A stretch of 62,966 bases of DNA, filler included, from Armatimonadota bacterium (GCA_031400935.1; 4 parts of 4 records of this genome joined end to end with filler, not necessarily neighbours in it); one strand, 5' to 3'. Counted from the first letter of the whole stretch, positions 8,652-18,570 are shown. The notes: generated from the letters alone by a model not told the origin. Numbers and translations: made by a program.

Positions 8652-9659
8652 ATGATGTTTACGCCCACCTTTGGATTCGCTATCGCGCTTTTGACCGTTA
8701 ATCAGCAGGCGGGTCGAATTGCGACGGCTGAATCAGAAGTTTGGAAATCCGCTCGCCCTTCTATCGTAACGATTCAACAGGGCGGTTCAGATAAAGGCGT
8801 TGCAGTCTGTATTGATTCAAAGGGACTGTTTATCGCGCACAAAAGTCTTACCAATTTCCCTATCCTTTTTGGAAAAACAGAAGCTGGCTTGCTTGTTCAG
8901 CTAACGGTCAAGGCCGTTGATGTTTCGACTCAAATGGTTCTGCTTGGTGTGGAGCCAGGATCAGCCTCAAGATTCAATGCGGTCACTCTCGCAGATGAAG
9001 TAGAAGCAGCGAAGGATTCAGCATTTGCTCTAGTGCCTGGTGGCGCGATCGCAACCGAAATTGTAAGTGTAGACCGCCCCGGAATTCTGGAAAAATCTAG
9101 GCGGGTTGTGCCACTTATCGAGCTTCGGTTTGAAGTTCCCATGCAACGAATCGGCGGTTCTCCGATATTCTCTCGAAAGGGCGAACTGTTAGGTTTCCTA
9201 ACGGCTACAGTTTCAACAGTTGAGCCTTCGAGAGCGGGTGCGAATCAAGCTGCTCCAAGCCTTAATTCATCGGCTGCCAGGATCAACTCGGACGCTTTTC
9301 CACAGCAATTTGGCCCCAACGGCCTTACGGTTGGTTATGCTCTTGGACCTTCTGCAATGAGCCGAGTGATTGACGGATTTCTGTCGTCAGATCACAAAGT
9401 TGTTTTCCCTGCACTTGGCGTTATGCTTGCCGATGCAAAGCCCGAAGGTGCTGAGATTCGTGAGGTAACCGAACGATCTTCAGCCGAGATAGCGGGGTTA
9501 CTAGTTGGTGATGTGATCGTGAGAATTGGCCTTCGAAAGATTCGAAATCAAATTGATTACGCTCGTGTTATGCTTCTGCAAAGAGTAGGGGAATCAATTG
9601 AAATCGAAATCATTCGCGGTACGGAGCATTTAGTGCTTAAAGTAGTTCCGAGGGTTTAG
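8652..9659 (+). CDS. HtrA-like trypsin-fold plus PDZ protein (catalytic residues degenerate)
   Basis: Signal peptide, ARPSIVTI, GSPIFSRKGELLG, C-terminal PDZ (ALGV...SSAEIAGLLVGDVIV). Confidence 0.8.
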   Translation: MMFTPTFGFAIALLTVNQQAGRIATAESEVWKSARPSIVTIQQGGSDKGVAVCIDSKGLFIAHKSLTNFPILFGKTEAGLLVQLTVKAVDVSTQMVLLGVEPGSASRFNAVTLADEVEAAKDSAFALVPGGAIATEIVSVDRPGILEKSRRVVPLIELRFEVPMQRIGGSPIFSRKGELLGFLTATVSTVEPSRAGANQAAPSLNSSAARINSDAFPQQFGPNGLTVGYALGPSAMSRVIDGFLSSDHKVVFPALGVMLADAKPEGAEIREVTERSSAEIAGLLVGDVIVRIGLRKIRNQIDYARVMLLQRVGESIEIEIIRGTEHLVLKVVPRV

Positions 9660-9670
9660 ATTTGTTCGGA

Positions 9671-9765
9671 TGCGTGGCTTGTGGCGTCCCGCCCAAGATT
9701 CAACTTGAGAGTTATAGAGTGATTTTAACTGAAGCACGCTTGGGCGGGACGCCACAAGGCACGCA
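9671..9765. repeat. REPIN-like inverted repeat pair
   Basis: 27-bp arms TGCGTGGCTTGTGGCGTCCCGCCCAAG (9671-9697) and its inverse (9739-9765), 1 mismatch. Confidence 0.8.
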
Positions 9766-9768
9766 AAA

Positions 9769-10077
9769 TCATCTAACAAAGTGAATCTTCGGCTCTTCCA
9801 TTTTGTCTAGAAGCATAAGTGCCACCACTGGCATCGGTCTTTGTTTTGCTACTTCGCGGGCTTCATCGAAACCAAGCTCGACGATTGCCATTCCAGTCAA
9901 ATCTATCCATTCGGCAAAGCGAATAGCATGAGTTTCAGCGCTGAAGCTTGCTAGGCCGTGGATTCCTTCGTGGCAATAGCATCCGTAGCGTCCCGAAGAC
10001 GGGTGACTGAGCACAAAAAGTGCTTCAGGAAAATCTTGGTCTAATCCAAGAATTGGTTCAACAAGTGTTGCTGACAT
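9769..10077 (-). CDS. Hypothetical protein
   Basis: 102-aa ORF with natural composition filling the gap between genes. Confidence 0.7.
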   Translation of the reverse strand: MSATLVEPILGLDQDFPEALFVLSHPSSGRYGCYCHEGIHGLASFSAETHAIRFAEWIDLTGMAIVELGFDEAREVAKQRPMPVVALMLLDKMEEPKIHFVR

Positions 10078-10252
10078 GGCTCTACAAAGAAGTATCGGAA
10101 CAAAGACTTGATTTACTGTAGGGTTGTTCCTTCACTTAGTATTTCGACCGAGAATATACCCTCTCGTCAACTCAATTGGGACTAATAGTGAAAAAACGGT
10201 AACACAATCCCTAGTCTATTTCGTATCATAAGGCAAGGATCGAGTAATTATC

Positions 10253-11194
10253 GTGACGGCAACACAAGAAAAATTTGAAATCATAGCAAGCCATAATGCT
10301 CCTGTTCAAACTTTGCGAATGAGCCATGACGGCAAATGGCTCCTAACCGGGGACACTGAACGCAAAGTAAGGATTTGGAACGGAACCGCGTTGGCATATG
10401 AGCTAGACGTGAACACAAAGAACATAAAAGCGCAAACCCTTGACAGAATTCGGTCAGTCGAATTTGCGGCAGATGGCAGCCAGTTTTTTGTAGCATGCGG
10501 GCACAAACTACAAGCATTTCGTACGGAAGATGGTCGCCGGCAATGGGTTAACACACTTCCAAGGTTATTGGGATTTCTCTTTGCCTCCCCGTATTGCGTT
10601 GATTCGGCATCTGACGGTCGTCTTGCTGTATCAAACGATAACGGCACATTCGGCATTCGAGATTCTTTTGGCAGAAAACTTCGGCAATGGAAGCATAATG
10701 CCACACCCAGATGGGTTCGTTTTGCACATGGCGAATCGCATTTGATAGGTAGCGATAGCTTTTCGATTCGGCTGTGGGACTGCGAAACGGGCGAAACTGT
10801 TAAGGGCTATTCAAGCGATGAACGAATATACAATCTAGTCGCCTCTCGATCTGAGCCAATATTTGCCGTCCGAACCTTGCATTCGATTCAGATTTATCAT
10901 TTTGAAAACTCTGAGCCGATTACGATCATTCCTTCGATGACGGGCATGCCGCTCATTTCATTCTCGCCAGATGGAGGTCTTTTGACGGCCTCGGGCGAAC
11001 ATGGTATCTCAATTTGGCAAGTTTCAGAGTCTGGAGTATCGGAAACTGAGGTTGATTCGGGCAAGCAAATTGATGTCGCCGATGCTTCTGTGCTTTCGTT
11101 GGCTTTTTCTGCAGACGGCGAAGCGATAATCGTCGGTTGCTCAGATGGGTCAGTTCGCAAGTATGGTTTTGGGCGGGGCAAACAAGATAAGTGA
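10253..11194 (+). CDS. WD40-repeat beta-propeller protein
   Basis: Repeated S.DG...L...D..VRIW / IRLWD / FSPDG motifs. Confidence 0.85.
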   Translation: MTATQEKFEIIASHNAPVQTLRMSHDGKWLLTGDTERKVRIWNGTALAYELDVNTKNIKAQTLDRIRSVEFAADGSQFFVACGHKLQAFRTEDGRRQWVNTLPRLLGFLFASPYCVDSASDGRLAVSNDNGTFGIRDSFGRKLRQWKHNATPRWVRFAHGESHLIGSDSFSIRLWDCETGETVKGYSSDERIYNLVASRSEPIFAVRTLHSIQIYHFENSEPITIIPSMTGMPLISFSPDGGLLTASGEHGISIWQVSESGVSETEVDSGKQIDVADASVLSLAFSADGEAIIVGCSDGSVRKYGFGRGKQDK

Positions 11195-11232
11195 GTTTAG
11201 TGTCCTGAACTTATTTGACCTTGGAATCTAAG

Positions 11233-11284
11233 TATCCCCTCTCCCTGGAGCTTGCGAGAGGGAGAGGGGATAAAGGGGTGAGGG
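11233..11284. repeat. Palindromic repeat of CCCCTCTCCC...GGGAGAGGGG type
   Basis: Stem TATCCCCTCTCCCT / AGGGAGAGGGGATA followed by AAGGGGTGAGGG; a partial copy lies near 45428-45447. Confidence 0.65.
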
Positions 11285-11493
11285 TTCTTATTCGCGTTTT
11301 TACAAATGTTTTGGCATGTCCACATTGTGCGGAGCTAAGTTTGTTGAAATTTCGTAACATGCCTATTTAGTGGCTCCGCGGACCGGGATGCGGAGCTCAT
11401 TCTTTTGTAAATACAGTCCTTTACTAAAGTGGCTCAGCGCTCCAATCCCGCATCCCTAAATCGCTATTTCAGGTACATTCTTACTCTTCTCAC

Positions 11494-11569
11494 CCGGACG
11501 TAGCTCAATGGATAGAGCATCAGTCTTCGGAACTGAGGGTTGGGGGTTCGAGTCCCTTCGTCCGGGCCA
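11494..11569 (+). tRNA. tRNA-Arg(TCG)
   Basis: CCGGACG/CGTCCGG acceptor, TAGCTCAATGGATAGAGC D-arm, TCAGT-CT-TCG-GA-ACTGA anticodon arm, GTTCGAG T-loop, encoded CCA; 76 nt. Confidence 0.93.
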
Positions 11570-11595
11570 TTTTGTGTGAGAATGTACCAAACGGC

Positions 11596-12273
11596 ATGAT
11601 TGAAAGAGTTTCAAATGCACTTAAAATTGAAGACCGTTTCGAGCGTCTGAATGCGATTCAGGCGCTTCGAGAGGAAAATGAGACAGATGCTCTAGCTGCA
11701 CTTTTTGCATTGCTTGAGGGTGAAGATGCAACTCTAGCAAGCAGGGCATCTTACGGACTATCTGTATTTAGGGACTTCAGCGAAGAGCAAATCGCAATTC
11801 TTGCAAGACATTTGGTCGAGAGCAAGAATGACTGGATTCGGCTTTCTTGCGCCATCATGCTAATGAGCAAACAAAGTTCAACGGTGAATAATGCCTACCT
11901 GAAAGCACTTGACGACACATTTGAAAAAGTCGCACAAGTTGCCTGTGTTGAGGTTGGCGCTCGGGGCGGAACGGAGGGTACTGCTGCACTCTATCGGGCG
12001 CTAGATCGTGAAGAGTGGCACCTCAGGCTGAGTGCATGCAAAGCTCTGATTGAACAAAAGACCGCCGACCAACGAGTTGTAGATGCCTTGCTTTCGATGA
12101 AACTCGAGCCGGAAGCAACAGAACACGACTTTGAGGATGAGGATACGAGGAGCTCGTCTTTGAGCCTAAGTTTACTGATAGCGGAAGAATCTGAAGCGGT
12201 CGAAATGTGGGGTAATTTGGATTCAATAATTGCCCAGGCTAAAAAAATTGCGAACAACCTGCAATGCGATTAG
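11596..12273 (+). CDS. HEAT/PBS-lyase repeat protein
   Basis: Repeated helical units (LL...DATLASRASYGL; ALDD..EKVAQVAC; ALD.EEWHLRLSACKAL). Confidence 0.75.
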   Translation: MIERVSNALKIEDRFERLNAIQALREENETDALAALFALLEGEDATLASRASYGLSVFRDFSEEQIAILARHLVESKNDWIRLSCAIMLMSKQSSTVNNAYLKALDDTFEKVAQVACVEVGARGGTEGTAALYRALDREEWHLRLSACKALIEQKTADQRVVDALLSMKLEPEATEHDFEDEDTRSSSLSLSLLIAEESEAVEMWGNLDSIIAQAKKIANNLQCD

Positions 12274-12281
12274 TCGTGGCA

Positions 12282-13028
12282 TCAAAGTAGTCGCTGCAAA
12301 AGCCCCTCATTCGTCCAATCCACCCGAATTGGAGTAATTGCAACAAACCCCTCTCGCACAGCCTGGACATCGGTGCCTGGCTGGTCTTGGTTCATGACGA
12401 CGTTCCCGCCTTGCCAATAGTAGGGTCTTCCCCAAGGATCGTGGCGCTCCAGCACGCGGTCTACATAGACTCGTCGCCCCATCCGTGCGAAACGATGCCC
12501 TTGAATCTCTTCAAACGCAATAGCTGGAACGTTGATGTTGTACAAAACGTAGGGTTCTTGAGGCAGTTCCATTAGCATTTGCCAGTTTTCTCGTAGCCAT
12601 TTTGCTCCGGTTTCATAGTGAAAAGGCGCGCCAGAAACGAAGACAGCCATGCTGATGGCAAAAGAGGGGATCTCGTTGATCGCGCCTTCCATCGCTCCTG
12701 CAACAGTCCCGCTGTAGGTGACATCGAACCCGAGGTTTGGGCCGTTGTTGATTCCGCTCAGCACCAAATCGCAGCCATCAGGCCAAGCCACAGTAAGTCC
12801 GACGTTCACGCAATCAACTGGCAAGCCGTCTACTTCAAATGCTTGCGCGCCCTCCCATTCAACTTCCTTCACTCGGAGAGGATCGCGAAGAGTCATTGCG
12901 TGAGAACATGCAGATCGCTCTCGGTCGGGGGCGACGACCTTCACTTCGCCAAAGTTTTTGGCAACTTCGACCAGGTGCCTAATTCCCTCTGCCCGCACAC
13001 CGTCATCGTTAGTCACTAAAATCCGCAT
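12282..13028 (-). CDS. surE: 5'/3'-nucleotidase SurE
   Basis: MRILVTNDDG, SGINNGPNLG, YSGTVAGA. Confidence 0.96.
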   Translation of the reverse strand: MRILVTNDDGVRAEGIRHLVEVAKNFGEVKVVAPDRERSACSHAMTLRDPLRVKEVEWEGAQAFEVDGLPVDCVNVGLTVAWPDGCDLVLSGINNGPNLGFDVTYSGTVAGAMEGAINEIPSFAISMAVFVSGAPFHYETGAKWLRENWQMLMELPQEPYVLYNINVPAIAFEEIQGHRFARMGRRVYVDRVLERHDPWGRPYYWQGGNVVMNQDQPGTDVQAVREGFVAITPIRVDWTNEGLLQRLL

Positions 13029-13384
13029 GGGGTTCGTGTTACCCGAATTAGGTCGCAGTTAACATTGCTCGCCAAGGTGCAGAGTTCGCATTGGTGACTT
13101 CAGGAAACTCCACTAGGAAAGCGACAATTGAAAGGCTCTTCTTCACGCGGTGGAACGCAGAGGTACGCGGAGGACTAATCTGCGAACATTTGCGACCATT
13201 GCGTGAGATTCCGATTCCACCGATTTTCTATAGCCATTTCTTGGCTCGCAAAGACGCCAAGAACGCAAAGTTCGGACTCGGCAATTCGCATTAACTGCGC
13301 AAGGTTAATGTGAACTTCCCTTTGCGAGCTTTGCGCCGTTGCGAGAGATTTCAAATGGAATTGCTTGGCAGGTAGAGTTGGATC

Positions 13385-14170
13385 ATGGAAGCGCGAAGCA
13401 AGTATGAACCTCTCTGGGCTTTACTATATGTTGCATTCGCTCCGTGCCTCGTGTTGCCTTGGGGAAGCAAAGATGGAATGCATTACACGTTCATGGTGTG
13501 GGAGGCAGCTGGGTTTGCGTTTTTGCTACTTAGTTTTGGATTGGCAACTATACATCAGCGATTTGGTGTGTGGTTTTTCTGGGGATCGTCTCTTCTGCTC
13601 CATTACGTTGCAGTACCTCGCCGTAACGGTATTGCTAGCGGACTCTTGCAGTCAGGAATTCCTAGTCAACTTGCACTCATAGAGTTAACGATTTTTTCCA
13701 TTTCTGTAGCCTTTCTAATCGGCGGCACCAGATATCGCCCAATGGCATGGCTCCTTGTCTCTTCAGCTATTGCCGCCGTTCTCGCGCGCTCGGGCTCTAG
13801 CGAATTTGGCGCAGACGGCATGATTAACTGGATTGCACAATTTGGAATTTCCCCCGAAATAGCAGAGACTTTGACAATTGTCGTTCGAAAATCAGTTCAC
13901 ATGGCATTTTTCGGCTCAATCGGAGCAACTGCTTGGCTCGCTTTGCGAATCCACGGAAACACTTTAGTACAAATCATTTGGCCCCTAGCATGGACACTCT
14001 TCCACGCCTCATTCGATGAATACCGCCAATCCCTCACCCCAAACCGAACCGGAACCATAGCCGACGTCGCCATTGACCTTATCGGCGCTGGAGTGGCAAT
14101 TTGGATTCTTCACAATTGGGCGAAAAAAAAATCATCTAGGCACGAATCCTCACATCCGCCTTCGGCGTAA
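13385..14170 (+). CDS. VanZ-like membrane protein
   Basis: RKSVH...DEYRQSLTPNRTG..ADVAID VanZ signature. Confidence 0.85.
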   Translation: MEARSKYEPLWALLYVAFAPCLVLPWGSKDGMHYTFMVWEAAGFAFLLLSFGLATIHQRFGVWFFWGSSLLLHYVAVPRRNGIASGLLQSGIPSQLALIELTIFSISVAFLIGGTRYRPMAWLLVSSAIAAVLARSGSSEFGADGMINWIAQFGISPEIAETLTIVVRKSVHMAFFGSIGATAWLALRIHGNTLVQIIWPLAWTLFHASFDEYRQSLTPNRTGTIADVAIDLIGAGVAIWILHNWAKKKSSRHESSHPPSA

Positions 14171-14187
14171 GTTAAACTAGGAACAAC

Positions 14188-16467
14188 ATGAAAAAGCGAA
14201 TCGCCGTAATCCTCGTAGCTTTAGCCGCAGCAACTACCTCGTTTGCCCAGTTGGACGACGAAGCGCTAGCAGTCAAAGTCACCTTAACCCAGCCTATGAC
14301 TTCTGTTGGCAGAACTCTTGAACAGTTGTCAATCGTCACCAAAGTCCCGTTGCTTGCCTCCGTTCCAATGGCTGGCGAACCGCTTATGATTTCGGTAACC
14401 GACGCCAAACTTGCTGACCTCATGGCTCAGATTGCAAAAGTGACAGGCGGCGCATGGCGCCGGGAAGAGGCCGGATTTCGTCTGATTCGCCCAGCAGGAG
14501 CGGATGTCGCCGAGCAGAACGCAGAGCGTGCAGAAAGACTCAAAAGCCTTCGCACACAAATTGCGAAGAAAATGGAATCTTTGAGGCCAAAGCCTGCGGG
14601 ATCGAAGCAAACCGACGAAAGCCCATCGTTCAACATGGGATTTGGTGGAATGGGCGGTTCAGGTGCAGGTGACAAAGCCATCACAAAATTGCTTGGCCAA
14701 ATTGACGTCAACGCTATCGCAGGCGTCGAACAAGGTGAAAGAGTCGTTTTCTCCTCGTTGCCAACTCGAATGCAACGCCCGTTTTTTGGAAATGTTGCAC
14801 CTGTGGTTACCGAACTTGTCCAGAACCATAACAAGTCCGTTTCGACACAGCCGCCAACCGATGTTGGAACCGAAGATGAAGTGGATGCCGCGGAACTCAT
14901 GGAGTTTCTGAAAGCACTTGGCATTTCTCCAAACGACAAACCTATCGAAGGAAGACCCGCAAAAGTGCTTCTGGCGGTTGCAAAGGGCGGCGGATTTATG
15001 GGGATGATGGGCGGCTACCAAATCGAGCTTCTTCTGTTTGATTCAAATGGCAAGGTCCTGATTCGCGAACAATCCATGCTCATGGATTCAAACGGGCTTT
15101 TAGGCGGAATGGCTGAAGCAATGGGTGCCGCTATGGAAGGAATTGGCGATGCCCTTGGCGGCGCAACCGGCGATAAGCCGAAGGATCCAGAAATTGAAGG
15201 TCCTGATGGAGACATCGTCTATTCGAAGGAAACCAAAGAAGTCGCGACTCTCTTTGGAACCGCAGGCGGCGGAATGTCTGGAGGAATGTCTATCCCAAGC
15301 AAATTGACGCCAGACTTAGAGGCAAAACTTCTTCGTCCAGATATCTACGACCCACTATCCTTTGTCGAATCAGAATCGCTTGTAGCAGTTGCATCTGTCA
15401 AGAAGTGGAACGTTGTGGCGAACCTGCCCGATAGCCGAATTTCCATGTTTGGAATGATGGCTGGCGAAACGGCAACAAAAGTCAACAAGTATCTGACCAG
15501 CATTTTCAAAGACAAACGCCTCGTGGCCAATTCCGCGAACGGTTGGCTCACGATTCAGCCATCGCACCCAAGATCGGCAAGGCTCTCGCGAGTTGATCGA
15601 GCTTCACTTGCCAAATTGATAGGTGGGGCAAAGACGAACATCGTTGTCAACCTTGACGACTACGCGGCATACGCCTTGAAAAACCCACCACCCATGGAAA
15701 CTCCTGCGGCAATGATCTACCTTATGCTCTTCGCGCCAAACGCAATGTCGCAGGGCATGATGGGAATGACCGATTGGGATATGCTTCGATTCTACGGAAC
15801 TCTGAATCCAGTAACAAAGTCTAGCCTTCCAAACGGCATCTCGATGTCTCTCACAAACGTTGAACCGTATCAGCGAAAGCTGATCGAAAAGATGCTATTT
15901 GGAGCAAGCGCGAACTTGCAAGTAGGAGCACAACCTGAAGAAAGCGCGGCTTCGCCATTTATGGCAATCATGAAGTCGTTCATGGGCAACAACGGAGGAA
16001 CTTGGAAGCAAGAGCCAACCGAAATCATGCCCGATGGATTGCCAAATGCAGGAACGATCCAGATCAAAGCAGAAAACACAATGGTGGGCAGAGTGGAGGG
16101 TGAAAGCGAACTCAACTCAATGTTCGGGGCATTGGGGCCAGGCGAGTTAGCTTTATTCCAGTTCATGAAAGACGACCCCAATATGGGAATGATGGCTCAA
16201 GGTATGCCTCCGATTACTGCTCTGAAAATGGGAACCCGCAGCACCTACAAGTTCCGTTTCCAAGTAGCCGCAGATGTCTCGACTTCTCGCACTTTGAACG
16301 ATGACAGAATCACGAAGGACGGCCAGGTCCTTTCAATAGACAACTTGCCAGCAGATTTCAAAGCTCAAATTGAGAAGCAGAAGGAACTGCTGAAGAAAGA
16401 CCCATTTTTCAAGATGATGGCTGGATTCGGGACAAGGGGCAGGGAAGTCCCCCCTCCCCTCTGGTGA
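14188..16467 (+). CDS. Large secreted Met/Gly-rich hypothetical protein
   Basis: Signal peptide, 759-aa ORF. Confidence 0.8.
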   Translation: MKKRIAVILVALAAATTSFAQLDDEALAVKVTLTQPMTSVGRTLEQLSIVTKVPLLASVPMAGEPLMISVTDAKLADLMAQIAKVTGGAWRREEAGFRLIRPAGADVAEQNAERAERLKSLRTQIAKKMESLRPKPAGSKQTDESPSFNMGFGGMGGSGAGDKAITKLLGQIDVNAIAGVEQGERVVFSSLPTRMQRPFFGNVAPVVTELVQNHNKSVSTQPPTDVGTEDEVDAAELMEFLKALGISPNDKPIEGRPAKVLLAVAKGGGFMGMMGGYQIELLLFDSNGKVLIREQSMLMDSNGLLGGMAEAMGAAMEGIGDALGGATGDKPKDPEIEGPDGDIVYSKETKEVATLFGTAGGGMSGGMSIPSKLTPDLEAKLLRPDIYDPLSFVESESLVAVASVKKWNVVANLPDSRISMFGMMAGETATKVNKYLTSIFKDKRLVANSANGWLTIQPSHPRSARLSRVDRASLAKLIGGAKTNIVVNLDDYAAYALKNPPPMETPAAMIYLMLFAPNAMSQGMMGMTDWDMLRFYGTLNPVTKSSLPNGISMSLTNVEPYQRKLIEKMLFGASANLQVGAQPEESAASPFMAIMKSFMGNNGGTWKQEPTEIMPDGLPNAGTIQIKAENTMVGRVEGESELNSMFGALGPGELALFQFMKDDPNMGMMAQGMPPITALKMGTRSTYKFRFQVAADVSTSRTLNDDRITKDGQVLSIDNLPADFKAQIEKQKELLKKDPFFKMMAGFGTRGREVPPPLW

Positions 16468-16653
16468 ACCTGTCGTGATTACCACCTGGTAATTATTCGG
16501 GTTTTTGTTTGGCAATGAACTTTTTACGATAAGAACAATAAAACCTGGTTTATAATGCTCTATCTGCTACGCAATATGGGCGAAGTCGTACTGCTTAATT
16601 CTGGTGTTGTGATTGAAGCAACCCATTTAAGAGCGCAGTTTAGGGGGAAAGAA

Positions 16654-17656
16654 ATGACTAGAACTATTTTGAAACTATCAAGTGTCGCTATGTTGGCATT
16701 TGCGGCTGTTGCAGCAAATGCACAATTCAATGAGTCTGAAGCGAACGATTCAAAGGCTGCAGCGAACATATTCGGTGGGCTCACAAACGGTGCGACCATT
16801 ACTGGAAACAGCATTAGCGCCGCGACCACCGGACTAGACTATTTTCGTGTTGGCACAGCAGCAGCTGCACCCGGAATTTACCGGTATCGCATGCTATTGA
16901 ACTCCCAGATCGCTGGGCATACAGGCACGATTCGAGGGACTGGACAGGTTGCGGCGACTGCTGGAACATGGCCTGGTCCTGTTGGCACGGCTAGCACCAC
17001 AGACGCTAGTGTCCAATCAAGCTTTATCATGACTGGAACGACCACTCGCATGAATCAGTGGTACGGCTTTGGTGCTGCTGAAGAGATTTACTACCGCGTA
17101 ACCGGTGCCGCTGCGACAACAGCAAACTATGTCTCGACTCTTGAAAGGAACTGCGGTCACGCCTGTTGATATTGGTACGTATGCACAAGGGCTCATTGAT
17201 ATTCAAACTTGGAACCAAGGTCACACATCTGATACGGATTTGTGGATTTATGACTCAAACTTCAATGCGATTCCTGGCTATGGAAATGATGATGAAAGTT
17301 TGAATTCTGGCGGTGGAAATCCTGGCACAACCCTTACTTCAGTACTCAGAAGGAACTATACGCCTGGAACGTATTACCTGGCACTAAGCAACTTTCAGTT
17401 GGCCAACAACATGGGTTCGCCTTGCGATGATGACTTTCGAACAGGTTCCTTGTTGGACTTTCCAAATGCATTGGCAAATTCCTCGACAACGATCAATTTG
17501 AACATGGCATTCGCTGTGAATGGAACCCAGTTCGCTGCAACGAAGATTGGCCAGTTCGATGTGAATTTCTACAAGTTCAACGTTGTTCCAGAGCCTGCAA
17601 CCATGGCGGTTCTTGGACTGGGAGTGATCCCATTCCTTCGACGACGCAAGAAATAA
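16654..17656 (+). pseudogene. PEP-CTERM surface protein split by a single-base frameshift near 17143-17150
   Basis: ORF1 (signal peptide, FNESEANDS) and ORF2 (DTDLWIYD...GNDD...PGTYYLAL...VPEPATMAVLGLG..RRRKK) join as ...STLER-TAVTP... if one A is removed. Confidence 0.75.
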
Positions 17657-17685
17657 GGTTACTCAACCTTCTCAAAAATCGAATT

Positions 17686-17713
17686 CGGCCCCTTGAAAGA
17701 GGGGTCGTTTTTT
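17686..17713 (+). terminator. Intrinsic terminator
   Basis: CGGCCCCTT-GAA-AGAGGGGTCG hairpin plus T-tract after the PEP-CTERM gene. Confidence 0.7.
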
Positions 17714-17910
17714 CTTTTGCGTTTGGTTAGCGGTTTGCGGTTTGCGGTTGGCAGTAGACGGTTGGCCCTAGGCGGTCAGATCGGGATATTTCGGGTTTGA
17801 TCCTTGCGCAGATTCGCCGGAATCCGAATTCTCTGCCCTCTGGTAACCGCCAACTGCCAACTGCCAACAAAATTCCGAACAAACCCAACTCCAACCCGAA
17901 CCAAAAGGTA

Positions 17911-17966
17911 TTGACACTCTCGCCCTGAGAGTGCTAAAATTAGCAATCCCTAACAGGGAGTGCCAA
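17911..17966 (+). promoter_or_regulatory. Two tandem CIRCE (HrcA) operators overlapping the groES promoter
   Basis: TTGACACTC-N9-GAGTGCTAA (17911-17937) and TTAGCAATC-N9-GAGTGCCAA (17940-17966); TTGACA/TAAAAT promoter embedded. Confidence 0.9.
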
Positions 17967-18003
17967 TTTAGGCACATTCACAAACGGAGGAAAAATCAAA
18001 AAT

Positions 18004-18294
18004 ATGGCAAATCTAAAGCCACTCGGCGACAAAGTCGTCGTGAAGCTCATCGAGCAAGAAGACAAAACGGCTAGCGGCATCTATCTGCCCGACTCAGCCA
18101 AAAAGAAGCCGACCGAAGGCAAAGTCGTAGCAGTCGGCACCGGACGTGTGCTAGACACCGGCGACCGAAACAAGCTCACTGTTAAAGAAGGCGACAAAGT
18201 TCTCTTTAGCAAATACGGCGGCAACGAAGTGACGATTGACGGCGAGGACCTTACGATTCTCGACGAAGATCAGATTTATGCGGTGATTGGGTAA
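18004..18294 (+). CDS. groES: Co-chaperonin GroES
   Basis: [10 protein letters not shown]...[21 protein letters not shown]. Confidence 0.97.
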   Translation: MANLKPLGDKVVVKLIEQEDKTASGIYLPDSAKKKPTEGKVVAVGTGRVLDTGDRNKLTVKEGDKVLFSKYGGNEVTIDGEDLTILDEDQIYAVIG

Positions 18295-18487
18295 GGAGTT
18301 CGGAGTTGGCAGTTGGCGGTGAGCAGTTAACGGCAGCTTCCCCAACCGTCCCGAGCATTCCCTCGCCACAACCAACAACCCCCAGCAAAAAGTAAGGGAC
18401 AAAGAAAACCAAGTCGGCTTAGGCTGCAAGTGCGGAATCACTCGATACCGCAAACCGCAAACCGATAGCCGCAAACTAAGGAAACAC

Positions 18488-18570
18488 ATGGCAGCAAAAA
18501 CATTACTATATGACGAAAACGCAAGACGCGCACTAGAGCGCGGAGTCAACAAAGTAGCCGAAGCAGTGAA
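18488..18570 (+). CDS. groEL: Chaperonin GroEL, 5' fragment (cut by gap)
   Basis: MAAKTLLYDENARRALERGVNKVAEAV downstream of groES. Confidence 0.92.
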
